A stretch of 64,000 nt of DNA from Solirubrobacterales bacterium (GTDB lineage: Bacteria > Actinomycetota > Thermoleophilia > Solirubrobacterales > Solirubrobacteraceae): contig JBBPZA010000123.1 in the NCBI GenBank assembly GCA_038199375.1, positions 4,228 through 68,227 of the forward strand, in the 5' to 3' direction. Position 1 is the stretch's first letter, and each line of letters opens with the position of its first letter. The position numbers were made by a program, and so were the translations under genes. The notes below the pieces were generated by a model. That model had not been told where the DNA came from, did not search any database, and saw only the letters and a list, made by a program, of their open reading frames with translations. This document shows, piece after piece, positions 28,468-39,808 of the stretch.

Positions 28468-29519
28468 GCGCGCCCCGGGACATCGCCCGCATCGCGGTGT
28501 GCGAGGACTCGCGCACCTTCGCGGCCGGCCTGCGCGGGTTTCTCGAGCGCGACGACGACCTACGGGTGGTGTGCGTGTGCCAGAGCGCCGAGCAGCTGCT
28601 CGCCGCGCTTCCCGGCGCTCGCCCCGATCTCGTCACCATGGACCTCGACCTGCCGGGGATGGACGGGGTCGAGGCCACCAGGCGGATCATGGCCACCGCG
28701 CCGGTTCCCGTTCTCGTCCTCAGCGAGCATTCGGGCCGCGGCTCCGAGCGGGCCGCCGCCGCTCTCTCGGCGGGTGCGCTGGACGCCGTCCCGAAGTCCG
28801 AGCTGCGTCTCGACGCGGCCGACGGCCTGGGCGCCGTGGCCCTGCGCCGCCGCGTCAAGCGCCTGGCCCGCGCCCGTGTCCACGGCGTCGGCCGGAACGG
28901 CGCCGGAGCCGCGGGCTCGGCGGCGGGAGCGGTCCTCGAGCTCAACGGGCGCCGGATCGGCGCAATCGGCGTCTGCTCGTCCACCGGCGGCCCGCAGGCG
29001 CTGCGGACGATGCTCGATCGCCTGCCCGCCGACTTCGCCGTCCCCGTCCTCGTCGTCCAGCACATAGCGCCGACCTTCGTCGACGGACTGGTGCGCTGGC
29101 TCGACCGCGACCTCGCCGTGCCGGTGCGGATCGCCCGCGACGGAGAGCCGCTCGAATCGGGCGTCACCTTCGCCGCCGACGGGGCTCATCTGGTTCTCCA
29201 CGGCGGCCGCCTGGCCTTCGACGAGCGGACGGCCGTCGGCCCGCACCGCCCTTCGGGCGACGTCCTGCTCAGGAGCCTGGCCTCCGAGCTCGGCGCCGAG
29301 GCCGCCGCCGTGGTCCTCACCGGCATGGGGCGCGATGGCGCCGACGGGCTTGCCGCGGTCGCCGCGGCGGGCGGCGAGACCTTTGCTCAGGACGAGGCCA
29401 GCGCCGCGGTGTTCGGCATGCCCAGGGCGGCCGCTGAGCGGGGCGCCGCGCACGTACTCGACCCGCGGGCCATCGGCTCGACGCTCGCGACGCTTCACAA
29501 GGTCGGGGTGAGGGCGTGA
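28464..29519 (+). CDS. cheB: CheB protein-glutamate methylesterase (REC plus esterase)
   Basis: REC IAVCEDS...LVTMDLDLPGMDG. Esterase motifs GVCSSTGGPQAL, VLVVQHIAPTF and LTGMGRDGADG. Confidence 0.9.
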   Translation: MSAPRDIARIAVCEDSRTFAAGLRGFLERDDDLRVVCVCQSAEQLLAALPGARPDLVTMDLDLPGMDGVEATRRIMATAPVPVLVLSEHSGRGSERAAAALSAGALDAVPKSELRLDAADGLGAVALRRRVKRLARARVHGVGRNGAGAAGSAAGAVLELNGRRIGAIGVCSSTGGPQALRTMLDRLPADFAVPVLVVQHIAPTFVDGLVRWLDRDLAVPVRIARDGEPLESGVTFAADGAHLVLHGGRLAFDERTAVGPHRPSGDVLLRSLASELGAEAAAVVLTGMGRDGADGLAAVAAAGGETFAQDEASAAVFGMPRAAAERGAAHVLDPRAIGSTLATLHKVGVRA

Positions 29520-30796
29520 CCGCCGGGCTGGCTCCACTCGCGCAGCTCATCCAGCGCGAGAGCGGGATCGCGCTCGGGCCCGACCGCCTTCCGGCGCTTG
29601 CCGCGGCCGCGCGGCGGGTGGCCCCGGGCTCTGATCCCGACCAGGTTCTGTCCGCGGCCGCCGACCCCCGCGGCGGGTCGGCGCTGCTCGAGCGGCTCGT
29701 CGACGAGGTGACCGTGAAGGAGACCTTCTTCTTCCGCCACACCGACGACATCGACGGCATCGACTGGCGTGCGCTCTACGACGCCGCGCTGCTCGCGGGT
29801 CGCGGCGAGGTGCGCGTGTGGAGCGCGGCGTGCGCGACCGGCGAGGAGGTCTATACGCTCGCGATCGTCGCCTGCGAGGCGTTCGCCACGCCGCGCCCGC
29901 CGGTGCGCATCCTCGGCACGGACATCGCCCCGAGCGCTCTGGCGCGGGCCCGCCGGGGCCTCTACGGCGCCCGCTCCGTCGCTCGCGTACCCCCTGGCGC
30001 GCGAGCGCGCCACCTGATCGACCAGGAGGCCGTGCATGCCGTCGCCGACCACCTGCGGGCGCTCGTGCGCTTCGAGCGCCACAACCTCGTCCGCGATCCC
30101 ACGCCGCCGGCGGGAGAGGCCGCCTTCGACCTCATCCTGTGCCGCAACGTCCTCATCTACCTCGACCCGCCCGACGTCCGCCGCGCCGTGCGCGGGCTCG
30201 AGCACGCGCTGGCCGCGGGTGGCCGGCTGGTCCTGGGCAGCGCCGACCGTCTGTGCGGGCTCGCCGCTCTGGTCGACGCGCACCCCCCGCATGCGAACGG
30301 GGTGAGCCCGTCCGACGCGCGCCGCGCCGCCCGTCGGCGCGAGCGCCTCGAGCGCAGGTCGCGGCCGGTCGCGACCCCCTCCGCCGTCGACGCCCTACGC
30401 GCCGTCGACGCCGGCCGCCTCGACGACGCCGCGCGGGCCGCTCGCGCCGCGCTCGAGCGCGACGGGCTCGATTCGGCCGCCCACTACGTAAACGGCGTCA
30501 TCGAGCTCGACCGCGGCGACGCACCGGCGGCGGTCGTGGCGCTGCGCCGCGCCCTCTTCCTCCAGCCGGCGTTCGCCCTGGCCGCCTTCGCTCTGGGCCG
30601 GGCGCAGGACATGCTCGGCCGGCCGAACGCCGCCGCGCGGGCTTACGCGCACGGGCTGCGGACCCTCGAGCACCTGCCGGTAGTCCACCCCGAGCTCCTC
30701 GGGGACGCTGCGCCCGGCGATCTCGCTACGGCGTGCCGTACGCGTCTGGAGGCGCTCGGCGCGACCCCGGCCATCAACGGAGAGGCGAACCCATGA
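29516..30796 (+). CDS. cheR: CheR methyltransferase with C-terminal TPR-like domain
   Basis: ETFFFRH, VWSAACATGEEVYTLAIV and ILCRNVLIYL are the CheR SAM-binding motifs. The C-terminal ~130 aa is helical-repeat (AHYVNGVIELDRGDAPAAVVALRRALFLQP). Confidence 0.9.
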   Translation: MTAGLAPLAQLIQRESGIALGPDRLPALAAAARRVAPGSDPDQVLSAAADPRGGSALLERLVDEVTVKETFFFRHTDDIDGIDWRALYDAALLAGRGEVRVWSAACATGEEVYTLAIVACEAFATPRPPVRILGTDIAPSALARARRGLYGARSVARVPPGARARHLIDQEAVHAVADHLRALVRFERHNLVRDPTPPAGEAAFDLILCRNVLIYLDPPDVRRAVRGLEHALAAGGRLVLGSADRLCGLAALVDAHPPHANGVSPSDARRAARRRERLERRSRPVATPSAVDALRAVDAGRLDDAARAARAALERDGLDSAAHYVNGVIELDRGDAPAAVVALRRALFLQPAFALAAFALGRAQDMLGRPNAAARAYAHGLRTLEHLPVVHPELLGDAAPGDLATACRTRLEALGATPAINGEANP

Positions 30797-31163
30797 GACG
30801 CATACTCGTCGTCGACGATTCGCCCCTGATCCGCGAGGCTGCGCGCATCGGCCTGGAGGCGGTCGCCGGGCACAGCGTGGAGACCGCCCAGTCGGGCGAG
30901 GAGGCCGTCGCGAGGGCGGCGGCCCAGCGGCCGGACGCGATCCTCCTCGACGTGGTCATGCCGGGGATGGACGGCCCGGCGACCCTGGCGGCGCTGCGCG
31001 CCGGCGAGGCCACCCGCGACCTGCCGGTCGTCATGGTGACCGGCCTCGACGCCGCGACGCACGGCCCCCAGCTCGAGGAGCTCGGGGCGGCGGGCATGAT
31101 CTCGAAGCCCTTCGACCCGTCGACGCTCGCCGCTCAGGTGGCGCAGCTGCTCCGGTGGGAGCC

Positions 31164-31167
<4 letters not shown>
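30793..31167 (+). CDS. cheY: single-domain CheY-like response regulator
   Basis: ILVVDDSPLIRE...ILLDVVMPGMDG...VVMVTG...MISKP. ATGA overlaps at both ends (30793-30796 and 31164-31167). Confidence 0.9.
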
Positions 31168-33236
<2,069 letters not shown>

Positions 33237-33370
33237 ACCGCCGTCGGCGTCACACCGGCGCGACGCGCCGACCGATCTTCTCCGCGCGCGCGGCCGCCCG
33301 AGCCCGCCATCCGTCCACCACATGGCGCGCCGCCGTCAAGCGAGGACCGGTCGCCGTCGACCTTGAGGGC

Positions 33371-34881
33371 ATGCGATCCGCCCTTCGTCGCGCCACGTTC
33401 CTGGCCGCCGCCGTCGCGAGCCTCGCTGCGCCCGCCGCCGCGCAGGCCGCCACCCCCCAGAATCTCTTCCCACCGTCCATCACCCCCGCCCCTTCGGCGC
33501 CCTGCAACGACGCGTCGGGCACGCCGATGTCGCCGTGCACGGGCGACGAGCTCGACGGCTCGCGGGAACGTGGGCCGACGAGGGCAGCCTGACCTTCAGC
33601 TACCAGTGGCTGTGGTGCGACGGACTGGGCATCGCCTGCCAGCGCATCCCGACCGATCTGGTCGCGATTGCCGAGGGACCCGATCCCTCACCGCCCTACC
33701 TACTTGCGCCGCTCGACGTGGACCGTACCCTCAAGCTCCGGATCTACGCGCGCAACGCCGGGGGGGAGACGGCTGTCGTCGACTCCTCCGCGACCGCACC
33801 GGTCCGCCGGCGCCCGCGCGCCACGGCACCGATCATGACCGCTTCGCCCACGCTCGCCACGGCGACCTCGCCGCCGCGGGCGGGCCAGCGCATGACCGCC
33901 ACCCTCGGCTCGTGGGACGACGACTTCGCCGACTATCACTACCGCGTCCAGTGGTGGCGCTGCGACGGCTCGGGTCAAGCGTGTGCCGCCGTCACCGATT
34001 CGGAGTTCGTTCGCCGCGAGGGCCCCGCCTCCTACGACATCGCCGAGGCCGACGTCGGGTCGAGCATCCGCGCCCAGATCATGGTGGCGAGCTTCGACTA
34101 CGCCAGGCGGACCACGCAGTTCACCGACGCGACGCCCGTCGTCGAGCCCGGCGGCCCGCCGCGCCTCGAGACGGGCCCGTTCCTGATGGTGGGCGGCAAC
34201 GGCAGGGCGACCGTGCGCGTCGGCGCCGGCCCGGCCGACGTCGGCGACGTCCTCTCCGCGGCTCACGGGAGGTGGGCGCTGGCCGACCCGGGGCTCTACT
34301 CCGTGCGCTGGATGCGCTGCGACCGCGCGGCCCGGTCCTGCGTGAGGATGTCCGAGGTGGCCACCCCGGACGCGCCGGCCGAGCAGCGCTGGAGCTACCG
34401 CGTCCAGACCGGCGACGACGGGCGCTCGATCCGCGCCGAGGTCGTCGCCGCCAACCGGCTCGGCTCGGTCACCGCCCAGACGCCGGCCGTGAAGGTCGGC
34501 GCCGAGCCCGCCGGCGCCGCCGCAAGCGGCGGCGGCTCGTCCGCGACCGACGGCAAGACCGCCGTGCGAACGGTGGACATCGCCGGCGCCAAGGTCACCT
34601 CCACCCTGCGCGGCGTGACGGTGACGCTGCGCCTCCGGCGGGCCGGCACCCTCACCGTGACCGCCACCGCGGCGAAGGGCGGCGCCAAGCTCGGCAGCGC
34701 CCGCAAGAAGGTCGCCGCGCCGGGCAAGGCGCTCGTCACCGTGCCGCTCTCGCGCTCGACGCAGAAGACGATCGCCTCCGGGCGCGCGGTGCGCGCGAGC
34801 ATCAAGGCTTCGCTCGAGGACGCCGACGGTGGGAGCGCGACCCGCTCCGAGAAGGTCACGCTCAAGCGCTCTCGGCGCTGA
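33371..34881 (+). pseudogene. secreted repeat protein (three W-x-x-C-D...C Ig-like repeats) with a frame break after the signal peptide
   Basis: The signal peptide MRSALRRATFLAAAVASLAAPAAAQA plus ~40 aa is in the frame starting at 33371 (stop at 33590). The body (GTWADEGSLTFSYQWLWCDGLGIAC..., YRVQWWRCDGSGQAC..., YSVRWMRCDRAARSC...) is in the frame of ORF 33535..34881. One extra G in the GGG run at 33564-33566 would fuse them as ...GDELDGSRGTWADEG. Confidence 0.55.
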
Positions 34882-34925
34882 GCCTCGCCGGGAGCGCGCC
34901 GGCTACCGCCAGACGTGCGCCTCGC

Positions 34926-35096
34926 TCACTTGACCGCGAGGACGAGCACGACCAGGATGAGGACGAGCAAGAGGCCGGAGCTCGCCGCGGCCACGGGCCA
35001 GTTGCGCCGCCAGAACTCGGGCTTGGCCCGGTCGCGCGTGTAGTGCCCTTCGGGAGGCTCGCCTACCCAGTCGTCGTCGTCGCGCGGTTGGGCCAT
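34926..35096 (-). CDS. possible 56-aa tail-anchored membrane protein (not in ORF track)
   Basis: My translation: MAQPRDDDDWVGEPPEGHYTRDRAKPEFWRRNWPVAAASSGLLLVLILVVLVLAVK, then TGA at 34926-34928. GC3 is high throughout. No clear Shine-Dalgarno. Confidence 0.3.
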   Translation of the reverse strand: MAQPRDDDDWVGEPPEGHYTRDRAKPEFWRRNWPVAAASSGLLLVLILVVLVLAVK

Positions 35097-35330
35097 CTCT
35101 CGGAGGATGCCCCGATGTCGACGCCGCCACGCCTCTTTCGCCCCGAGTCGGCGCTCGAAGTCAGAGGGCGACGCCCCTCGCCGCCAACTGCTCGCGCAGG
35201 CGAAGCAGGGCGAGGTCCTTCGCCTTGGCCTCGAAGCTCAAGGCCCATGGCGTCGAACGGAGCGGCGTGAAGCTCGAGGTCGCGCACGGCGGCGTCGCTC
35301 ACCCGGGCCGCTTCCCGACCACTCTCTTTC

Positions 35331-35651
35331 CTACTTGCTCTTCTCGCAGGCGTCTTCCGCCCTCTTGCGCTGGACGCCTTCGGGGAGGCCCCTCGCCACC
35401 TCGAGGCACTGCTTGACGGCGGCGTCACGCGCCTTGTCCCCGTTGCCGTTGCACGCTTCCTCGGCGACCTTGCGGGCGTCCGCATTGTCGATCCTCCCAG
35501 CCTGGTCGAGGCACTGCTGCTGCGCCTCGCCCTTGGTGTCGGGCGTGTTGTCGTCGCCGCCGTCGCCGTCGCCGTCGCCGCCGCCGCATCCGGCGGCGAG
35601 CAGCCCGCAGGTGGCGAGGAAGAGGAAGAGGACGTGGAGGCGACGGAGCAT
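35331..35651 (-). CDS. small secreted lipoprotein, Cys-containing helical
   Basis: ATG at 35651 follows AGGAGA. MLRRLHVLFLFLATCGLLAAGCGGGDGDGDGGDD has a signal and lipobox. The mature part has four Cys (QQCLDQ, EEACNG, KQCLEV, EDACEK). Confidence 0.6.
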   Translation of the reverse strand: MLRRLHVLFLFLATCGLLAAGCGGGDGDGDGGDDNTPDTKGEAQQQCLDQAGRIDNADARKVAEEACNGNGDKARDAAVKQCLEVARGLPEGVQRKRAEDACEKSK

Positions 35652-37551
35652 GAGTTCTCCTGGTGGGAGGGGGCGGCCGAACCCTATCTCTAAGCTGCCC
35701 GCCATCGCAACCACACAGGGACAGCCCCCGTCCTCCGACGACGTCGAGCAGGTCGCCTGGGACCTCGACCCCCTCGTCGACGGCAATGGGGATGCGGGCG
35801 TGCGCCGGCTCCTCGACGACGCCGCGGAGCAGGCAGAGCGCTTCAAGGCTCGCTACGCCGGACAGGTCGCAGAGCTCGACGGGGCCGGCCTCGTCGAGGC
35901 CATGACCGAGCTGGCCGAGCTGCAGGAGCTCGTCGGCCGCGCGGGCACTTACGCCGCGCTGTGGTTCTCCACCGACACGGCCGACCCCGCCCGCGGCGCC
36001 CTGCTCCAGCTCGTCCAGGAGCGTGCGACCGCGATCGAGACCCAGCTGATCTTCGCCGAGCTCGAATGGGCGGCCCTCGATGACGAGCGCGCACAGGAGC
36101 TGCTCGCCTCCGACGGGCTGGACTTCTGCCGCCACTACCTGGCCACCCAGCGTCGCTACCGCCCCCATCTGCTCACAGAGCCCGAGGAGCGCGTGCTGGT
36201 CGAGAAGGGGGTCACGGGGCGCGGCGCGTGGTCGCGGCTGTTCACCGAGCAGGTCTCCGCCGTGCGCGTCGCGATGGAGGGGGAGGAGGAGACGACGCTC
36301 GACGCGGCCCTGAGCCGGCTGGTCTCCCCGGATCGCGGGGAGCGCCGCGCCGTCGCCGAGGCGGTCACCGCAGCCCTGGAGCCCGGGCTGCGCGCTCGAG
36401 CCTTCATCTTCAACACGCTCCTGCACGACAAGGCGGTCGACGACCGCCTGCGCTCCTACGAGCACTGGCTGGCCAGTCGCAACCTCTCCAACGAGGCCTC
36501 CGACGAGTCGGTGGAGGCGCTCCTGCAGGCGGTCCGCGGCCGCTACGACCTTCCCCAGCGCTGGTACCGCCTGAAGGGGATGCTTCTCGGGATCGACCGG
36601 TTGGCCGACTATGACCGGGCGGCGGCGGTGACCGGCGAGGACGAGGAGATCGCCTGGCCCCAGGCCCGCGATCTGGTGCTGGACTCCTATGCCTCCTTCT
36701 CGCCCGAGCTGGCCGACGTCGCGCGCGGCTTCTTCGACGGGAGCTTCATCGACGCGCCGGTGCGCCCGAGCAAGCGCGGCGGGGCGTTCTGCGCCTACGG
36801 CGTCCCCTCGTCTCACCCCTACGTGATGCTCAACTACACGGCCAAGCGCCGCGACGTGCTCACGCTCGCCCACGAGCTCGGCCACGGCGTCCACGCGGCG
36901 CTGGCCCGGCGGCAGGGCGTCTTTCATCAGGGCACGCCGCTGACGATGGCCGAGACCGCATCGGTGTTCGGTGAGACGGTGACCTTTGGGCGCCTGCTCG
37001 AGGCCGCCTCGACGCCGGAGTCGCGCTTGTCGCTGCTGGCCGAGAGCATCGAGGGGTCGATCGCGACGGTGTTCCGCCAGACGGCGATGAACCGCTTCGA
37101 GGGCCTGGTCCACACGGCCCGGCGCGAGGAGGGCGAGCTGGCGCCCGACGGCTTCGGCGAGCTGTGGCGCGAGAGTCAGTCAGAGCTCTTCGGCGACACC
37201 GTGGAGGTGACCGAGGGCTATGAGCTGTGGTGGTCCTACGTGCCCCACTTCATCTCGACGCCGGGCTACGTCTACGCCTACGCCTACGGGCAGCTGCTCG
37301 CGCTCTCGGTCTACGAGCGCTACCGCCAGGAGGGCGAGGGCTTCGTCCCTCGCTACCTCGAGCTCCTCTCCGCGGGCGGCTCGCGCTCGCCCGAGGAGCT
37401 GGGCGAGATCGTCGGCGTCGACCTCTCGGATCCGGGCTTCTGGACCAGCGGCCTGACCCTCGTCGAGGAGCAGCTCGAGGCGGCCGAGGCGGCCGCCCAC
37501 GAGGTGCTCGAAGGGCGTGGCACGCAAAGGGGTGCTGCACCTCTACCGTAG
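35650..37551 (+). CDS. pepF: M3B-family oligoendopeptidase F
   Basis: HELGHGVH zinc motif. The family-typical N-terminus VAWDLDPLV and overall length fit. The start is uncertain: the only canonical in-frame start before the conserved WDL is ATG 35650, which overlaps the divergent lipoprotein start codon. Confidence 0.85.
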   Translation: MSSPGGRGRPNPISKLPAIATTQGQPPSSDDVEQVAWDLDPLVDGNGDAGVRRLLDDAAEQAERFKARYAGQVAELDGAGLVEAMTELAELQELVGRAGTYAALWFSTDTADPARGALLQLVQERATAIETQLIFAELEWAALDDERAQELLASDGLDFCRHYLATQRRYRPHLLTEPEERVLVEKGVTGRGAWSRLFTEQVSAVRVAMEGEEETTLDAALSRLVSPDRGERRAVAEAVTAALEPGLRARAFIFNTLLHDKAVDDRLRSYEHWLASRNLSNEASDESVEALLQAVRGRYDLPQRWYRLKGMLLGIDRLADYDRAAAVTGEDEEIAWPQARDLVLDSYASFSPELADVARGFFDGSFIDAPVRPSKRGGAFCAYGVPSSHPYVMLNYTAKRRDVLTLAHELGHGVHAALARRQGVFHQGTPLTMAETASVFGETVTFGRLLEAASTPESRLSLLAESIEGSIATVFRQTAMNRFEGLVHTARREEGELAPDGFGELWRESQSELFGDTVEVTEGYELWWSYVPHFISTPGYVYAYAYGQLLALSVYERYRQEGEGFVPRYLELLSAGGSRSPEELGEIVGVDLSDPGFWTSGLTLVEEQLEAAEAAAHEVLEGRGTQRGAAPLP

Positions 37552-37570
37552 TGCTACACTGCATACTGTT

Positions 37571-37840
37571 GTGCCCACGTCTCGCCGGCGCCACATGCTC
37601 ACCGAAACCGACGAGCTGACCCGTGCGCTCGACGACGCCGCCCGCCGCTGGCCCGAGGAGCGTGCGGCGCGCGGCAAGCTGCTCATGCGACTGGTGCGCG
37701 AAGGCCACCGGGCGATAGCCGGCGAACGCGATGCGGAGGTCAGCCACCGCCGACAAGCCGTCCGCCGCACCGAGGGGGCGCTCACCGGAACCTACCCCGA
37801 GGGCTATCTCGAGCGACTGCGCGACGACTGGCCAGCGTGA
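37571..37840 (+). CDS. vapB: VapB-type antitoxin (RHH-like N-terminus)
   Basis: Directly upstream of the PIN toxin, which it overlaps at 37837-37840. RRRHMLTETDELTRALDDAARRW resembles an RHH strand-helix. The start is GTG 37571 (possibly leaderless, just after TACACT/CATACT hexamers) or ATG 37595. Confidence 0.55.
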   Translation: MPTSRRRHMLTETDELTRALDDAARRWPEERAARGKLLMRLVREGHRAIAGERDAEVSHRRQAVRRTEGALTGTYPEGYLERLRDDWPA

Positions 37841-38220
37841 TCGTCGTCGACGCGAGCGTGCTGATCGCGCACTTCGACCATCACGACGGGCACCATGGCC
37901 GCGCCGTCGAGCTCTTGTTCGAGGCGGCCGAGCACCCACTCGCAGCAAGTGTCCTGACCGTCGCCGAGGTCCTCGTCGCCCCTGCGCGCCAACGACGCCT
38001 CGACACCGCTCAGACGGCCCTGCGCGAGCTCGGCCTCCACGAGATCGCACTCGGACCCCACGCCGCCGCACAACTCGCCCTGCTGCGTGCCGAGACCGCC
38101 CTACGGCTGCCCGACTGCTGCGTCCTCCTCGCCGTCCAGGACACGGCGGCCAAGGCGCTGGTCACCTTCGACGAGCGCCTGCGCACGCAAGCGGTCCGCC
38201 GCGGCATCGCCGTGAACTGA
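37837..38220 (+). CDS. vapC: PIN-domain ribonuclease toxin VapC
   Basis: MIVVDASVLIAHF (first acidic residue), LTVAEVLV, PDCCVLLAV...TFDERL (distal Asp) form the canonical PIN layout. 127 aa. Confidence 0.85.
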   Translation: MIVVDASVLIAHFDHHDGHHGRAVELLFEAAEHPLAASVLTVAEVLVAPARQRRLDTAQTALRELGLHEIALGPHAAAQLALLRAETALRLPDCCVLLAVQDTAAKALVTFDERLRTQAVRRGIAVN

Positions 38221-38234
38221 GGTTCCCTCGCCGC

Positions 38235-39041
38235 CTAAAGCGCGAGCTCCAGCCGGCGGCGCACGTCGAGCGGCGAGACCTCGAGGCGCTCGAGCGTGCG
38301 CGCCGCGCCGCTGTGCTCGTCGCGGATGAGCGCGAGGAGAAGGTGCTCGACGCTGAGGTAGCCGTCGCCGCGCTCGACCGCCTCGTGCAGCGAGCGCTCG
38401 AGCACCGCCCGCGCGTGCTTGGAGATGCTTGCGCGCTTTCCGACGCTCTCTTCCTGAGCGAAACCGTTGGGGGCGGGCTCCCCCTCCACGACCTCGATCG
38501 TGGGCTGCGTGACGCCGCGCGCCTCGGCTAGGCGCACTCCGAGGTCCTCGAGCACCTTGACCGCCGGGGTGTAGCGGCAGCGAAGGATCCCGAGCAGGAG
38601 ATGCTCGGTCCCGAGCACGGGCTCGCCGAGCGTCTGGGCCTCCTCGCGGGCGAGCTGCATCGTCCGCCGCGCCTCGCTGGTGATCAGGACGCGCCGGCCG
38701 CGCGGCCCTTTGGCCATGGCCATGGTCCCGAGGTCCTTGACCCGCTGGGCGTGCTTGCGGTGCACCGCCTGCTTGGAGACTCCGAGCTCGCCCGCGACGC
38801 GGCTCCACGACCAGCCGCCCTGGATCGCGCTCGTCACGTGCTGGGCCTCGAGCCGATCGGCCTCGCGACGCATCGCACTGATCGCGCTCAGCGCGTCGGC
38901 GACGCCGTTCTCGCCAAGGGCGCGTCGGGCCAGCTCGGGCAGGGTCGAGCGCTCGGTCACCTTTGGACCGTACCCGTCTCGCCGCCGGGCCGAGAGCCTT
39001 CCGTCAAGTGTGAATGACATCCCGTCAATTCCCCTTGCCAC
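38235..39041 (-). CDS. Clp N-terminal (ClpN repeat) domain protein with N-terminal HTH-like segment
   Basis: Two Clp_N repeats: ARRTMQLAREEAQTLGEPVLGTEHLLLGIL and ARAVLERSLHEAVERGDGYLSVEHLLLALI. Upstream WSWSRVAGELGVSKQAVHRKH looks like an HTH. Confidence 0.7.
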   Translation of the reverse strand: MARGIDGMSFTLDGRLSARRRDGYGPKVTERSTLPELARRALGENGVADALSAISAMRREADRLEAQHVTSAIQGGWSWSRVAGELGVSKQAVHRKHAQRVKDLGTMAMAKGPRGRRVLITSEARRTMQLAREEAQTLGEPVLGTEHLLLGILRCRYTPAVKVLEDLGVRLAEARGVTQPTIEVVEGEPAPNGFAQEESVGKRASISKHARAVLERSLHEAVERGDGYLSVEHLLLALIRDEHSGAARTLERLEVSPLDVRRRLELAL

Positions 39042-39214
39042 GACATTTCGGCTCTAGAAAGCGAAAGCGGGCAGAAAGTTGGTCGCAAGCGGACGGCCGT
39101 TGGGTTATCGCGTTCTCGCCGAGGGAACCCAGAGCACCATGCGCAAGGAGATCCACCAACGCATCCTGCTGGGCGACCAGTCGATCTAGGACAGCAGGAC
39201 AGAGAACCAGCACT

Positions 39215-39246
39215 GAGTGGGGCGGTCAGGGACGACCGCCCCACTC
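39215..39246. other. perfect 13-bp inverted repeat hairpin in a lower-G+C intergenic region
   Basis: GAGTGGGGCGGTC-agggac-GACCGCCCCACTC read directly. No flanking T-tract on either strand. Confidence 0.5.
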
Positions 39247-39382
39247 GCCTCTTCGAGGCGCGCGCCCAGGGACCCGCGCCCCTGCGCCGAGCCGGCCGGC
39301 GGCGCGGCAGGCGTCCAGGGCGCGCGCGTAAAGGGCGCCCCCGCGGGGAACTACCCGCCTGCACCCAAGCGAGGAGATTGGC

Positions 39383-39586
39383 ATGGTCGAGGAGGAGACG
39401 CACAACCCCGCCGAGCCGGAGTTCGGCGATAAGCACGGCGGCGAGCACAACCCCGGGGAGCCGAAGTTCGGCGAGGGCGACCGGCCGGATCACCCGGCGG
39501 AGGGAACCTCCCCGCCCGGCAATCCCGAGCGCGACGAGGAAGCGATTCGCAAGGGCGAGGAGAAGCTCGAGCAGGCGGGGCACTGA
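39383..39586 (+). CDS. small acidic protein with internal HNP(A/G)EP(E/K)FG duplication
   Basis: ATG follows AGGAGA at correct spacing. ETHNPAEPEFGDKHGGEHNPGEPKFGEGD shows a direct repeat. Confidence 0.4.
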   Translation: MVEEETHNPAEPEFGDKHGGEHNPGEPKFGEGDRPDHPAEGTSPPGNPERDEEAIRKGEEKLEQAGH

Positions 39587-39634
39587 GTAACGTTCCACTG
39601 CCCGAAGGAGAACGAAAAGGAAGGAAGAGGACTC

Positions 39635-39799
39635 ATGCCGATCGCCGACCTCTCTGCGTGTGACTCATGCCGTCGACCCACACCACCTTCCAACCACAAC
39701 GAGTTCGCCGGCTGGACGGTCGTCAAAGACGACTCCGGAAAGGTGTCCGGGATGCGGTGCCCCAGGTGCCAGACCCCTGAGGAGCAGAAGGAAGGCTGA
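39635..39799 (+). CDS. 54-aa zinc-ribbon-like protein (not in ORF track)
   Basis: My translation: MPIADLSACDSCRRPTPPSNHNEFAGWTVVKDDSGKVSGMRCPRCQTPEEQKEG. Two CxxC pairs about 30 aa apart. Purine-rich GGAAGGAAGAGG lies upstream of the ATG. Confidence 0.4.
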   Translation: MPIADLSACDSCRRPTPPSNHNEFAGWTVVKDDSGKVSGMRCPRCQTPEEQKEG

Positions 39800-39808
39800 C
39801 GCTTTCGG

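Noticed and set aside
33256-33270. Terminator after the chemosensory operon (CGGCGCG-a-CGCGCCG)
   Set aside because: The palindrome leaves a 1-nt loop, so only a short imperfect stem is possible, and no U-tract follows.
39139-39189. 16-codon micro-ORF (MRKEIHQRILLGDQSI) just upstream of the 39215-39246 hairpin, as a possible leader-peptide attenuator
   Set aside because: It has no SD and no run of regulatory codons. The hairpin lacks a U-tract or an alternative anti-terminator pairing that I could find.
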